A DNA stretch of 64,000 nucleotides. Origin: Candidatus Methanoperedenaceae archaeon (lineage in GTDB: Archaea > Halobacteriota > Methanosarcinia > Methanosarcinales > Methanoperedenaceae). A program made the translations under genes and the position numbers. The notes beneath the pieces were generated by a model. The model was given only the letters and a program-made list of their open reading frames with translations, searched no databases and was not told where the DNA came from. The stretch lies in contig CAVWCX010000036.1 in the NCBI GenBank assembly GCA_963753595.1, positions 1-64,000 of the forward strand. Direction: 5' to 3'. Numbering within the stretch: position 1 is the first letter of the stretch; each line of letters begins with the position of its first letter. Positions 38,291 through 48,328 of the stretch are shown piece by piece.

Positions 38291-38967
38291 GTCTTGATAG
38301 CGCAATAGATGCATTAAGAAATGGTAAAATGATACTTCTTTTTGATGCTGAGGACAGGGAAGGAGAAACAGATCTTGTGATCCCGGCGATATGTATAACA
38401 CCGGCTGACGTTGCTCTCATGCGCCGTGATGGCGGAGGGCTGATATGTGTTGCAATATATGGAAAAGCCGCAGACAGCCTGGGATTGCCTTTCATGTCAG
38501 ATATTCTAAGAAGCGTCTCTAAAAATGGCCATAAGTCCCTCATCAGTCTTGTGGAAAAGAAAGGGGATATCCCTTATGACTCCCGTTCATCATTTTCACT
38601 CTGGGTGAACCACAGGGAAACTTTTACAGGCATTACCGATAACGACAGGGCACTTACCATCAGGAAAGTCGGTGAAGTCGTAGATAAGGTCATGAAAGGA
38701 GAAAAAATTGATTTCGGAGACGAATTCAGGTCGCCCGGTCATGTCGCGCTGCTTCGCGCCGCCACAGGTCTCCTGAAAGAAAGGCGCGGGCAGACCGAAC
38801 TTTCCATAGAACTTGCATTAAAAGCAGGTATTTCTCCCTCGATGGTAGTATGCGAGATGCTTGATGAGAAAACAGGAAAAGCGCTCACGAAAAAAGATGC
38901 CATCAGGTATTCAAAAGAGAACAATATGCCTTTTATTGAAGGGAAAGATCTTCAGGGATTTATTTAA
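38287..38967 (+). CDS. ribB: 3,4-dihydroxy-2-butanone 4-phosphate synthase
   Basis: DAEDREGETD, GGLIC, TGITDNDRA, F.SPGHV, RRGQTE, CEML. Confidence 0.95.
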   Translation: MSLDSAIDALRNGKMILLFDAEDREGETDLVIPAICITPADVALMRRDGGGLICVAIYGKAADSLGLPFMSDILRSVSKNGHKSLISLVEKKGDIPYDSRSSFSLWVNHRETFTGITDNDRALTIRKVGEVVDKVMKGEKIDFGDEFRSPGHVALLRAATGLLKERRGQTELSIELALKAGISPSMVVCEMLDEKTGKALTKKDAIRYSKENNMPFIEGKDLQGFI

Positions 38968-39117
38968 GCAAATGACCTGAGCAGTCGATAAAGAAGAATT
39001 GTCAATTGCCTCAGGCTATCGTTCCACGCCCGAAGCGCCACGCAATACGCAGCGCCATAAAGACAAAAATCACTGAAGGCGTAAAGCAGAGCTTGATATG
39101 TGAATCGGTTATAACTG

Positions 39118-40083
39118 TCACTTTTGTCCGAAGTGCGAAAACCCAAGCCCCTTAAGCTCTTCAATCCCATTCGATCTTTCAATGAAAATACCATTTTTTA
39201 TGACCTCACCTATTACGGTAAATGAGCAGGCATTCCTGGCTTCATTGATCTTATCAGGCGGCACTGTGAACAATAACTCAAAATCCCCGCCAGTAAAAAC
39301 AACGGCTTGAAGTAATTCATCCCCTTCTAATAGGTTTTTGACATCCGGAAGAACCGGAAGCATATCTTCAGATATTTTGAACCCTACGCCACTTGCTTTT
39401 GCAAGATCGTGAAGTGATAACGAAAGCCCGTCGCTTATATCCATCATCGAAGTTACTGCGCGTGTTTTTGCAAGTGCCATGCCTTCATTTATTCTCGGTA
39501 TGGGTTCAAACAGGCCTTTTAGTATCTGCTGGCCTGCATTAATATTTTTTTGCATCAGAATCAGCGCAGCCCCTGCCGTACCAAGATTTCCTGTTACGCA
39601 CACAAGATCTCCCGGATTTGCCCCGCTTCTTTTTATAAGCAAGTCCTTATTTACAAGTCCAAGCGCCGTCCCTGTCATCGTTAGTTCCTCATGTGAATCC
39701 ATATCACCTCCGATGACCTGTGTCCCGAAACTTCTTGCGCAAGTATCCATTCCTTTTATGATCTCATCAAGAAGATCAAGCTCTGTATCGGGGGGAATAC
39801 CTATTGCCATCAGGATTCCAAGAGGTTTTGCCCCCTTAGAAGCAAGGTCGCTCAGGTTTACAGCCACCGACATCCATCCTATCTGCCAGCCTGACATCTG
39901 CTCTGGAAAATCCGTCTTTCGATGAAGCATATCGGTTGTCGCGAGAAGATAATCATCCCCCCCAATATCAAGAACTGCGCAATCATCATCACCTGCGCCA
40001 ACGATTGTATTTTGTCCGGGTTTTGTGAGTAATCCTGCAATATGTTCAATTAATACGCGCTCGTTAATTTCACGGATTTTCAT
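39118..40083 (-). CDS. thiL: Thiamine-monophosphate kinase
   Basis: GDDDCAV, NLSDLASKGA.P, GGD, RSGA.PGD, MDISDGL, GGDFEL. Confidence 0.95.
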   Translation of the reverse strand: MKIREINERVLIEHIAGLLTKPGQNTIVGAGDDDCAVLDIGGDDYLLATTDMLHRKTDFPEQMSGWQIGWMSVAVNLSDLASKGAKPLGILMAIGIPPDTELDLLDEIIKGMDTCARSFGTQVIGGDMDSHEELTMTGTALGLVNKDLLIKRSGANPGDLVCVTGNLGTAGAALILMQKNINAGQQILKGLFEPIPRINEGMALAKTRAVTSMMDISDGLSLSLHDLAKASGVGFKISEDMLPVLPDVKNLLEGDELLQAVVFTGGDFELLFTVPPDKINEARNACSFTVIGEVIKNGIFIERSNGIEELKGLGFSHFGQK

Positions 40084-40175
40084 TATGTGATAATTTGGTT
40101 TATATACGTTATAAGTTTTCTATCATTGAATTTGTTTCCTCAACTTTATTAAGAATAAAGAATCAATACACCATA

Positions 40176-40883
40176 ATGAATTCTGTACCTGGCGACCAGG
40201 AATTGCCCCTTGAAGAACATATGAAGGAACTGCGTTCAAGGATGATGGTAGTAGCTATCCCGATCATTTTGATCACTTCTATTGTTTTCATTTATTCCGG
40301 GGAACTCTTAAAAATCATATGGAACAACGCGATTCCTGTGCCTATGACCATTTACTCCCCGATGGAACTGATCCTTACACGATTTAAACTCTCTTTAGTT
40401 ACAGCGCTTTTTATAGGGATACCGCTCCTTGTTTATGAGGGATTCATGTTTATTGCAAAAGGACTTTATAAAAATGAAAGAATGTTTTTCATCAAGATCG
40501 TACCATTTTCATTTATACTGTTCGTCCTGGGGGCATTTCTTGCGTATTTTTTGGTATTGCCCATCCTGTTCAAATATACGATCTTTTATTCAAATGATGT
40601 CGCAGACCCGCAGGTTTCAGTAATAAAAACGATTGATACGATAATTACCCTGATATTTGGATTTGGACTTGTATTCCAGTTTCCTTTACTCCTGGTATCC
40701 GCGATCAAGATGGGTCTTTTGAAACGTGGGTTCTTTAAAGGAAAACGTAAATTCATTTATGGGGCACTTCTTGCATTTGCATTTTTTATAACTCCTGACC
40801 CCACAGCTATTTCAGAATTGATAGTGGCATTAGTTCTTGTAATATTGTTTGAATTCAGTTTGATATTGGCCAGATATTTCTAA
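40176..40883 (+). CDS. tatC: Twin-arginine translocase subunit TatC
   Basis: PLEEHMKELRSR, SP.E, F...GLY.NE, FGLVFQFP, ITPDP. Confidence 0.92.
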   Translation: MNSVPGDQELPLEEHMKELRSRMMVVAIPIILITSIVFIYSGELLKIIWNNAIPVPMTIYSPMELILTRFKLSLVTALFIGIPLLVYEGFMFIAKGLYKNERMFFIKIVPFSFILFVLGAFLAYFLVLPILFKYTIFYSNDVADPQVSVIKTIDTIITLIFGFGLVFQFPLLLVSAIKMGLLKRGFFKGKRKFIYGALLAFAFFITPDPTAISELIVALVLVILFEFSLILARYF

Positions 40884-40955
40884 TTCACAATAACATTACC
40901 TGCGGGCATGAAGAAAGACTCTCGCCCAATAATGTTATCTATTAGTCAAAGTTTA

Positions 40956-40974
40956 TGTATATACAGATATATCT
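40956..40974. promoter_or_regulatory. Tandem palindromes upstream of RHH antitoxin (putative operator)
   Basis: TGTATATACA (40956-40965) and AGATATATCT (40965-40974). Confidence 0.4.
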
Positions 40975-40983
40975 AAATAATGT

Positions 40984-41298
40984 ATGACAACAAATGCAGT
41001 ACAAATAAGAATGCCATCTGTTTTACTAAAAAGCATAGATGAGTTGGTAAAACAGGGATTTTATAAAAACAAAAGTGAGGCAATTATCGATGCTGTACGT
41101 CATTTTGTGGGTTTTGGGAAGGCAAAAAGCGATATAGCGATATTCATCCGGGAAGAGATGCATGGAAGAAAAACAAGGCGTGGTCATTCAAAGAAAGAAT
41201 TCGATGCTTTATGGGAAAAAATAAGGTCTGGAAAGGACTGGAAAGAGCGTTTTGGAACGAATGCAGATAGTGTAATGGAAGAACTCAGGAGAACGTGA
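40984..41298 (+). CDS. Ribbon-helix-helix (CopG-type) antitoxin
   Basis: VQIRMP..LL..IDELVKQGFYKNKSEAI.DAVR; overlaps the PIN gene by 4 nt. Confidence 0.85.
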   Translation: MTTNAVQIRMPSVLLKSIDELVKQGFYKNKSEAIIDAVRHFVGFGKAKSDIAIFIREEMHGRKTRRGHSKKEFDALWEKIRSGKDWKERFGTNADSVMEELRRT

Positions 41299-41738
41299 TG
41301 ATATTCATCGACACGGATATCTTTGTGATTGAAAGGCTTTTTCCGAACGATGAAAGATATATGGCCACAAATAAGTTTCTACACAGCGATTTAACGAACA
41401 AATGCACTTCGATTTTCAACTTGTTTGAGCTTCTTGGCATTGCATCTTTTAATCTAAATACAACCGAATTGAAAAAATTGCTCAAAGGATTTTCTGAAGT
41501 TTATGATATAAAAATACTATTTCCTGAAACATCATACGAATCTCCAGATGCTTTTCTAGAGCAGTTATTCGATAATCTATTTGAAAAAATAACCCTGAAA
41601 ATGAATTTTTCTGATGCTCTGATACTGAATGTAGCAGAAGAGAATAATTGCTCTAATTTTGTGACGTGGAATATAAAACACTTTTTGGATCGGACTGATA
41701 TTCCTGTAAAGACACCAAAAGAGATGTTAGCTAAATAG
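41295..41738 (+). CDS. PIN-domain (VapC-like) toxin
   Basis: IFIDTDIFV, FEL, FSDALI...A....FVTWN.KHF. Confidence 0.85.
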   Translation: MMIFIDTDIFVIERLFPNDERYMATNKFLHSDLTNKCTSIFNLFELLGIASFNLNTTELKKLLKGFSEVYDIKILFPETSYESPDAFLEQLFDNLFEKITLKMNFSDALILNVAEENNCSNFVTWNIKHFLDRTDIPVKTPKEMLAK

Positions 41739-41890
41739 ATGCATACAAAGAATATCGCTGGTAAGTGATCTTCGCATCATTTGTCTGAAGTCTAAAAATA
41801 ACAAGCTGGAAAGGATCGCAAGAGTCCCGGATCAAACGAAGACCACTTCACACAAACATTTATCTTTCCGCGCCCTGAAATCAGAATATA

Positions 41891-43150
41891 ATGTTATTAA
41901 ATTCCATTTCTAAACTCACAAATATTGAAATTGAAAGACTTCTAAAGCGCCAGGGTGAGTTACAGGAGGTAATGCCCTCTGTAACATCCATTCTCAATGA
42001 TATAAAAGAGCATGGCGACCCTGCTCTATTAAAATACACGGCGCAATTCGATAAAGCATCCTTAGGTGATATCGAAGTTTCCCATAAAGAAATACATGAA
42101 GCTGTGTTCTCGCTTGATAAAAAGCTCCTTATACATCTAAAAAAAGCAGCGTCAAACATCCGTGCTTTCCATGAGGCTCAGGTCACAAAGGACTGGATAA
42201 AAGAATTTTCTCCAGGTATCAGGCTTGGACAGCGCATTTTGCCCCTTGGGTCGGTTGGTGCTTATGTCCCGGGCGGAAGGGCAACATATCCAAGCACTGC
42301 TCTTATGACTATCATTCCTGCAAAAGTCGCAGGTGTAAGGCAGGTTATCATGTGCACGCCCCCGAACCCTGACGGGACAGTAAACCCGCTGACCCTGGCA
42401 GCTGCACATATCGCAGGCGCAGACCGTGTTTTTCGCGTGGGCGGCGTTCAGGCAATAGCTGCAATGGCTTACGGGACAAAGACAGTTCCAAAAGTTGATA
42501 AAATAGTCGGGCCTGGCAATTTATATGTCACAGCAGCCAAAATGGCATGCGGGACAGCTATTGATTTCCCTGCGGGCCCAAGTGAAATCCTTATAATTTC
42601 GGATGAATCGGCAAGAGCTGATTTTATTGCATCTGATATGATCGCCCAGGCAGAGCATGACCCGAACGCTGTTTCTGTTCTTGTAACCCCATCAGAAACC
42701 CTTGCAAAACAGGTAATGCAAGAGATAGAGTTACAGATAAAAGAAGTGGCGCGGAAAGAGATCATAAATAGATCGCTTGAGAATGCAGCCATACTCACTG
42801 GAACACTTGAAGAATGTATTGATTTTTCAAATAAGTTTGCGCCTGAACATCTTGAAATAATGACAAAGGATGATATTCTTGGGAGGATAAAACATGCAGG
42901 TTCGATATTTGTTGGTTCTTACGCGCCTGTATCTGCGGGGGATTATGCTTCAGGAACGAACCATGTCCTTCCAACAGCAGGATATGCAAGAATGTTCTCA
43001 GGTTTGAACATTGACCATTTCGTGACAAAATCAAGCGTGCAGATAATTGAAAAGAAGGGCCTTGATGGAATGAGCGATACAATTATTGAGCTTGCGGAAG
43101 CTGAAGGGCTTTTCGCTCACGCAAATGCGGTAAGGATACGCAAGCGTTAA
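41891..43150 (+). CDS. hisD: Histidinol dehydrogenase
   Basis: [49 protein letters not shown]. Confidence 0.96.
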   Translation: MLLNSISKLTNIEIERLLKRQGELQEVMPSVTSILNDIKEHGDPALLKYTAQFDKASLGDIEVSHKEIHEAVFSLDKKLLIHLKKAASNIRAFHEAQVTKDWIKEFSPGIRLGQRILPLGSVGAYVPGGRATYPSTALMTIIPAKVAGVRQVIMCTPPNPDGTVNPLTLAAAHIAGADRVFRVGGVQAIAAMAYGTKTVPKVDKIVGPGNLYVTAAKMACGTAIDFPAGPSEILIISDESARADFIASDMIAQAEHDPNAVSVLVTPSETLAKQVMQEIELQIKEVARKEIINRSLENAAILTGTLEECIDFSNKFAPEHLEIMTKDDILGRIKHAGSIFVGSYAPVSAGDYASGTNHVLPTAGYARMFSGLNIDHFVTKSSVQIIEKKGLDGMSDTIIELAEAEGLFAHANAVRIRKR

Positions 43151-43215
43151 GATGAGGGCTGTTTTTTTCCATTCCTTAAATAGGATAGTGGCAGCTTTTT
43201 TTTCAGTTAGTCCTG

Positions 43216-43698
43216 TTACGCGACAATATATGTGGGTTTTTTTTGTGTTTTTTTTACTGCTTCTGCGAGTTTTTCCCCCATCCCGATAGCATTTAATTTA
43301 TCAGCTTCTCCCGGCATACCTTTAACTGCAATACCTGGTTTGATCAACTCGGGATTGAATACACTTACTAATTTTTCCATTGATGCAAGCGCAGCAACCT
43401 GCCTGCCCTCTCCGGTTGTAAAAAGTAATATGGGTTTACCACTCAATTTCTCTTTTAAAGGATATAAGCCCTCAATGAGATTTTTAATTTCTCCTTCCAT
43501 ATACTCAGGCGCAGAATGTGAGCCAAACGCATAACCACTAGCTGGAACTACATCATCTTGTTTGACGTCCCTTGCCCTCTTCACGTCAAATGATACATCA
43601 TCCACTTTTTTAATACCCTGCGCAATTACCTGTGCAAGTTTTTCAGTACTCCCTGTTGCAGATGCATAAGTTATCAGGATCTTTTTTTTATTAGCCAC
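43216..43698 (-). CDS. Flavodoxin-like protein
   Basis: ITYASATGSTEKLAQ.IA.G FMN-binding loop; C-terminal GEKLAE. Confidence 0.8.
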   Translation of the reverse strand: MANKKKILITYASATGSTEKLAQVIAQGIKKVDDVSFDVKRARDVKQDDVVPASGYAFGSHSAPEYMEGEIKNLIEGLYPLKEKLSGKPILLFTTGEGRQVAALASMEKLVSVFNPELIKPGIAVKGMPGEADKLNAIGMGEKLAEAVKKTQKKPTYIVA

Positions 43699-43759
43699 AC
43701 TATCATCTCTTTTTATGATTTTACCCTGAGTTATATTGCAGGAACTATAAACGCTTTTC

Positions 43760-46204
43760 TTATCCTTCCATCTTCTCTCTTAATTCCCCCGCCATCCGGG
43801 AAATCTCCTTCTTCTCGAAAATCCCTGCTATCAATTCCACAGCCTCAAGGTTCCTTGCAGCCTGGTCAAGATAATTGAGGACATCGCCTGTATATGCATA
43901 AACCCCATACTGCTTTTCAAGCTCCTTTATCACCCCGTCAGGAGCATGACCTTCAGCACATAATTCTATGACCTGGCTTGAGAATTTTCGCTCGGCACAG
44001 CCGCAGTATGGTGAATCCTTACATGTGCATGACAGGAATTCCCGGGCAAAATCAAGCATGATGCGGCGAAGGTTCTCTTTGAGCTTTGAAAAACCATCCG
44101 CCGAAAAAACAATATCAAGACCGGCGCCGAAAACTCTTGTGGGGATGTCAGTACCAAGGGCCTCGGATAACTGCGATGCATACCTGAAATAGACAGAATC
44201 AAGGGTCTTGAGGCCTGTAACAATATCCATTGGTTTAATTCCCTTGAAAATTGCATTTTTTATCAAGAATGTCTGTTCTACGCTCAGGAAATGCGATGCG
44301 ACAATAAATCCAAGTTTTGTGGGGCGGTATTCGCCTTCTTTTTTCTCGATAAAACCATATTCCCTTAATTTATCAAGCAGGAACTCAAGGTTTCCTTTGC
44401 CAAGCAGCATTTCATTTATTTTGCTGATATCAGGAAGAGAATGCGCGACAACGATATTGGAAAGAGTTTCCTCAAGCTGTTCATCATCCCCGTAATCCAC
44501 GCCAAAATGTTCAAGTACACCACGAAGCAGCCGAAAAGCCACTTCATCCTCCGAATCTCCTTTTCCGAACCTTCTTTCAGGGTCAGCCAGAAGCACAACG
44601 ATGCCAAGGTCATGGTAATCCGGTCTTCCGGCGCGCCCCAGCATCTGCTGGAATTCACGCACGGTAAGCCATTCGATGCCCATGGCAAGCGACTCAAATA
44701 TGACCTGCGACGCGGGAAAATCCACGCCTGCCGCGAGTGCTGCTGTTGTCACGACCACAGGAAGCTCTCCCCGCCCGAATTGCTCTTCAACTTTCTTTCG
44801 TTCAGGATAAGATAATCCGGCATGGTACGGAAGCGCTTTTATCGAAAGCCCTTCTGCCAGCATATGGCAGTTGCGCCGCGAATTGGTAAATACGATGGTC
44901 TGGCCGCGGAAACCCTTAGAGGATCTCTTATCATATTCCTGTCTTGCAAGCCGTTCTATCATTCGCTTTTTTTCATATTCCGGCGCGAATATCAGATGCC
45001 TCTCTATCGGGACAGGCCGTTCTTCGAACTCAATTAATCCTGCGTTCAGTTTTTCCGAAAGCCAGCCAGGATTTCCAACTGTTGCCGAGAGGTAAACGTA
45101 TTGCGCATCGGGTGCAATGAATTTCAGGCGGGCAATAAGACCATCGAGCCTGTGCCCCCTTTCTTTATCTTCAAGTGTATGCACTTCGTCAATAACAACC
45201 GTTCCGATATTGCCAAGCATATGTGCATTTCCCGCCCTCATGATAAAATCAATCCCTTCATAAGTGCCAACGATGATGTCAGAGGAAAGGGTTGTGCGGA
45301 TACCTTTGATTCCTTTGGTTATGCGGCTTGTTCCCACGCGCAGGGATGTGGTTGCGATTGAGGAATACCGGCGGGTGAATTGTTCATATTTCTGGTTGGC
45401 AAGCGCGACAAGAGGGACAAGGAAAAGCATTTTGCCTTTATTGTTCAAAATGTTGGAAAGGCCGGCAAGCTCACCTACAAGTGTTTTTCCGGTTGCGGTA
45501 GCTGAAATGATGAGCTGGTTCTTTCTTTCAAGAAGACCTGCTTCAATTGAAAGCGCCTGGACTGGCATAAGTTCTTCCATCTGTTTCAGGAGGAGCTTTT
45601 TAAGGTCATCATGGAGCGGCAGGTCTTTCACTTTTATTGTTTTATCAACTTTGCAGGCCGCCATGGTGTCAAATCGTGTCAGTCCCGAATCCAGTTTCCC
45701 GGGGCTTAGCATTGCAAGCACCCTGTCAAGGTTCTTTGTTTTCAGCAGGATCTGGATGAGACGTTCCTGCCCGAGAGTTCCCAGCTTGATTGATTTTGCC
45801 TCCTTTACCAGTTCTTTTTTTGCACAATCCTCACATACAGATTCATTGTGGAACCGTATCGGACTATTCGTTGTAAATTTACCTGCAAGAAGACAAAGGC
45901 GGCATGTTGCCGTATATCCGTAATCAAGCTGGTATGCTGTGAGAAGTTCCTTAAAACCAGCCTCAGAAGCCTCATCCCCTTCTGCGATAAGTATCTTATC
46001 AGCAAGGCGCAAAAGTTCAATTAGTTCCTCAGGCGCCCTGAAGTCTTCCTTTTCACCCTGTTTTATCCTGAATTTGCCCACGCGCGCGCCTTTCGGGGTA
46101 TGTTTCAGTATCAGGGTGCCGTAAAAGTTGGGCTCTTTTGAGTTGTCTTTTATGGGGAGGACGATGAGCTTTGACTTCTGGGGGTGGATGATGACGTGGA
46201 GCAT
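43760..46204 (-). CDS. Archaeal Ski2-like DEAD/DEAH helicase (DUF5814 C-terminus)
   Basis: ATATGKT, DEVH, SAT, YHAGL, QMLGRAGR; N-terminal CRLC...CEDC and C-terminal CTC...PYCGC. Confidence 0.92.
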   Translation of the reverse strand: MLHVIIHPQKSKLIVLPIKDNSKEPNFYGTLILKHTPKGARVGKFRIKQGEKEDFRAPEELIELLRLADKILIAEGDEASEAGFKELLTAYQLDYGYTATCRLCLLAGKFTTNSPIRFHNESVCEDCAKKELVKEAKSIKLGTLGQERLIQILLKTKNLDRVLAMLSPGKLDSGLTRFDTMAACKVDKTIKVKDLPLHDDLKKLLLKQMEELMPVQALSIEAGLLERKNQLIISATATGKTLVGELAGLSNILNNKGKMLFLVPLVALANQKYEQFTRRYSSIATTSLRVGTSRITKGIKGIRTTLSSDIIVGTYEGIDFIMRAGNAHMLGNIGTVVIDEVHTLEDKERGHRLDGLIARLKFIAPDAQYVYLSATVGNPGWLSEKLNAGLIEFEERPVPIERHLIFAPEYEKKRMIERLARQEYDKRSSKGFRGQTIVFTNSRRNCHMLAEGLSIKALPYHAGLSYPERKKVEEQFGRGELPVVVTTAALAAGVDFPASQVIFESLAMGIEWLTVREFQQMLGRAGRPDYHDLGIVVLLADPERRFGKGDSEDEVAFRLLRGVLEHFGVDYGDDEQLEETLSNIVVAHSLPDISKINEMLLGKGNLEFLLDKLREYGFIEKKEGEYRPTKLGFIVASHFLSVEQTFLIKNAIFKGIKPMDIVTGLKTLDSVYFRYASQLSEALGTDIPTRVFGAGLDIVFSADGFSKLKENLRRIMLDFAREFLSCTCKDSPYCGCAERKFSSQVIELCAEGHAPDGVIKELEKQYGVYAYTGDVLNYLDQAARNLEAVELIAGIFEKKEISRMAGELREKMEG

Positions 46205-46327
46205 TTGGAAGTACTGAATAGGGGGTGAGGGATATTAAAGATTGGATACTTCTCCTAGGAATAATACAAATAAAAAGGAAAGGATAGTTCAATCATCTCC
46301 TGTAGGATAGTATTTCATCGTCCCAGC

Positions 46328-46388
46328 TTCCATCCCCGCTGGCAGACCCGGCGCGTGCGGCATGCGCGGAGCCCGGACAGGTGCGGAG
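46328..46388. repeat. GC-rich ~60-70 bp direct repeat, copy 1 (copy 2 at 47540-47610)
   Basis: cccggcgcgtgcggcatg-cgcggagcccggacaggtgcggag vs cccggcgcctgcgggatgacgcggagcccggataggcgcagag. Confidence 0.75.
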
Positions 46389-46429
46389 AATATTAGTTGG
46401 TTTTCGCTCTGCATTTTGATAATATATTA

Positions 46430-46858
46430 TTATCCTGCCAGCCTTCTGATTGCCTCCAGAAATTCTTTTGCAGAGATTATAGCGGCATTTGCATCTTTTT
46501 CTTGTATGTCCATCATCTCCAGTCCATATAGGGTTTCATGGCGTTCGATACGGTAAGTATCAAGCCAGTGAATGTGGCTCTGGTCAAGTTTACCAATCTT
46601 GACATAGTGGCGTTTCAGGTATTCTACAACACAGTAATGGCTTTTTTCAACAAATCCATCTTTGAATAAAAGCGCTCTAGCACCTTGGAACATGGCAGTG
46701 TAGGAATAAAGTATGACTTGCTCATAAAATCCATGCTTAAAGAGTTTTTCTGCCTCCATGATCGCCCTTTGCGCCATTTCTATTGCTTTTTCGCTCTTCA
46801 ATCTGTCAGGTAGTGCATTTCTTAACAATCTTTTTTCAAAACATTCCTCAAGGTTCAT
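46430..46858 (-). CDS. HEPN-domain protein
   Basis: YTAMFQGARALL...G...KSH...R...LY. Confidence 0.88.
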   Translation of the reverse strand: MNLEECFEKRLLRNALPDRLKSEKAIEMAQRAIMEAEKLFKHGFYEQVILYSYTAMFQGARALLFKDGFVEKSHYCVVEYLKRHYVKIGKLDQSHIHWLDTYRIERHETLYGLEMMDIQEKDANAAIISAKEFLEAIRRLAG

Positions 46859-47412
46859 CCAACCACCGGTCTTGTTCCGAATAGAACTATTCCCTCAGTT
46901 ATGATATCCATATAAAAAGCTTTGTTTTTTTTTGCCTGTTCTCTCCATTCTGCAGGTTTAAGAACGGTGAGAGAAGTTTCTCTTTCTAATATATCCATAA
47001 GTCCGATATCTCTTTTCTTAGTAGACGAAGAAATCGCAAGAATATCTATATCGCTATTTTCATCATTCTCTCCCTTTGCAAAGCTTCCGTAAAGAACCAG
47101 GGAGCTCAATCCAGCAAGATTTTCTTTCAGGTGATCCACGATGTTTTTTTCCTCAAGCCATGCAAGATTATAAGTGACTTTTAAATGTTTAAAGACGGAG
47201 CTTTCCATGTTTCCTTTGTAAAGTATCTGGTTCTTGAATTCTTCCCTGATAATCAACCTTTCTTTGACAAGCATATCAAGTGCTCTTTTAACGGTCATGG
47301 GGCTTATTTCCAGTATCCTTGAGGCTTCCCTGAGATAGTACCTCTCGTAAGGATTTTTAATGAACAGCTCAAGAATTGTCAATTGTGTAATTTTTTGATA
47401 CAATTGTATCAT
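46855..47412 (-). CDS. HTH plus minimal nucleotidyltransferase (MNT) antitoxin
   Basis: YYLREASR.L.ISP.TV HTH; LYGSFAKGE....SDID. Confidence 0.9.
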   Translation of the reverse strand: MIQLYQKITQLTILELFIKNPYERYYLREASRILEISPMTVKRALDMLVKERLIIREEFKNQILYKGNMESSVFKHLKVTYNLAWLEEKNIVDHLKENLAGLSSLVLYGSFAKGENDENSDIDILAISSSTKKRDIGLMDILERETSLTVLKPAEWREQAKKNKAFYMDIITEGIVLFGTRPVVG

Positions 47413-47431
47413 ATTATAGACAATTGTATCA
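47396..47431. promoter_or_regulatory. Putative operator of the HTH-MNT/HEPN operon
   Basis: Perfect palindrome TGATACAATTGTATCA (47396-47411) over the start codon; ACAATTGTATCA repeated at 47420-47431. Confidence 0.6.
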
Positions 47432-47539
47432 GAAAGTTAATAAACCTTTGGCATTCTTTTTCTTAATGCCTGAATATGCCTTCAGATTTTTCCATAAAAC
47501 AAGTATTCTATGCCAGGATGTGCGCCGCTTCCCATTTCG

Positions 47540-47610
47540 TTCCATACCCCTGCGCTCTCCGACAGAACCCGGCGCCTGCGGGATGACGCGGAGCCCGGAT
47601 AGGCGCAGAG
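47540..47610. repeat. GC-rich direct repeat, copy 2
   Basis: See copy 1; includes ctgcgc...gcgcag complementarity. Confidence 0.75.
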
Positions 47611-47645
47611 GACATATCGCAAGCTGTTTGCGCTATAATTTAAAT

Positions 47646-47666
47646 ATATGTTTAAACATATGTTTA
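47646..47666. promoter_or_regulatory. Overlapping palindromic operator of vapBC
   Basis: ATATGTTTAAACATAT (47646-47661) and TAAACATATGTTTA (47653-47666) just before ATG 47670. Confidence 0.6.
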
Positions 47667-47669
47667 CTT

Positions 47670-47885
47670 ATGACAGCCAAGACCATAACAATACGCGAAG
47701 ATATTTACAAAATGCTTCTCTCGATAAAGGGTTCAAACGAGAGCTTCAGCAATTTTTTTGAACGGCTCGTGAAATCGCGAAAAAACATTGAAAAACTTAA
47801 AGAATTGAGAGGCTCTGTTGAATTCAGGAATAAAGAAGCTCTTTTGAAAGAGTTATATGATAAAAGAAAGGAGATAAGATATTGA
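47670..47885 (+). CDS. VapB-family antitoxin
   Basis: MTAKTITIREDIYKMLLSIKG.NESFS...ERL archaeal VapB pattern; the longer ORF start at 47424 is rejected. Confidence 0.88.
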   Translation: MTAKTITIREDIYKMLLSIKGSNESFSNFFERLVKSRKNIEKLKELRGSVEFRNKEALLKELYDKRKEIRY

Positions 47886-48259
47886 TCCTTGCTGATACTG
47901 ATGTTCTTATTGAAATTTTCGATAAGAACTCAAAAAAAGGGGCAGCCGCTTTGCAGAGGATCGAGGACGCCGGGGAAGACATATCCCTGACATCATTGAA
48001 TCTCCATGAAATCCTGTATGGTATGTATAAATATGCTGATAAGCAAAAACCCGAGAGAATAATGGTGCTTGAGATTGTGGATTTCACGAAAGAAGATGCA
48101 GCTCTTTCTGCCAGACTTGAAGTGAAAGCCGAGAAAAAAGGGAATAAAGTTCCCAGTTTTGATGCAATGATCGCAGCAGTTGCAATAAATCGGGGTTTTA
48201 AATTATTCACTTTCAATAAAGACCACTTTGATGGTTTCGAAGAACTGGAACTGTTTTAG
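47882..48259 (+). CDS. VapC PIN-domain toxin
   Basis: ILADTDVLI, EILYG, FDAMIAA.A, TFNKDHF. Confidence 0.9.
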   Translation: MILADTDVLIEIFDKNSKKGAAALQRIEDAGEDISLTSLNLHEILYGMYKYADKQKPERIMVLEIVDFTKEDAALSARLEVKAEKKGNKVPSFDAMIAAVAINRGFKLFTFNKDHFDGFEELELF

Positions 48260-48328
48260 CACATCGTAGAATTTATGTGCTTGCCTGACATAGAACCGCA
48301 GGTTTTGAGGTAACAGGAATCTGCGATC

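Noticed and set aside
38964-39194. 76 aa ORF or structured element between ribB and thiL
   Set aside because: Overlaps thiL, has no motif, and I could not find a convincing stem or second copy.
47424-47669. N-terminal extension of the VapB ORF
   Set aside because: It runs through the GC-rich repeat and operator; the VapB family pattern begins at ATG 47670.
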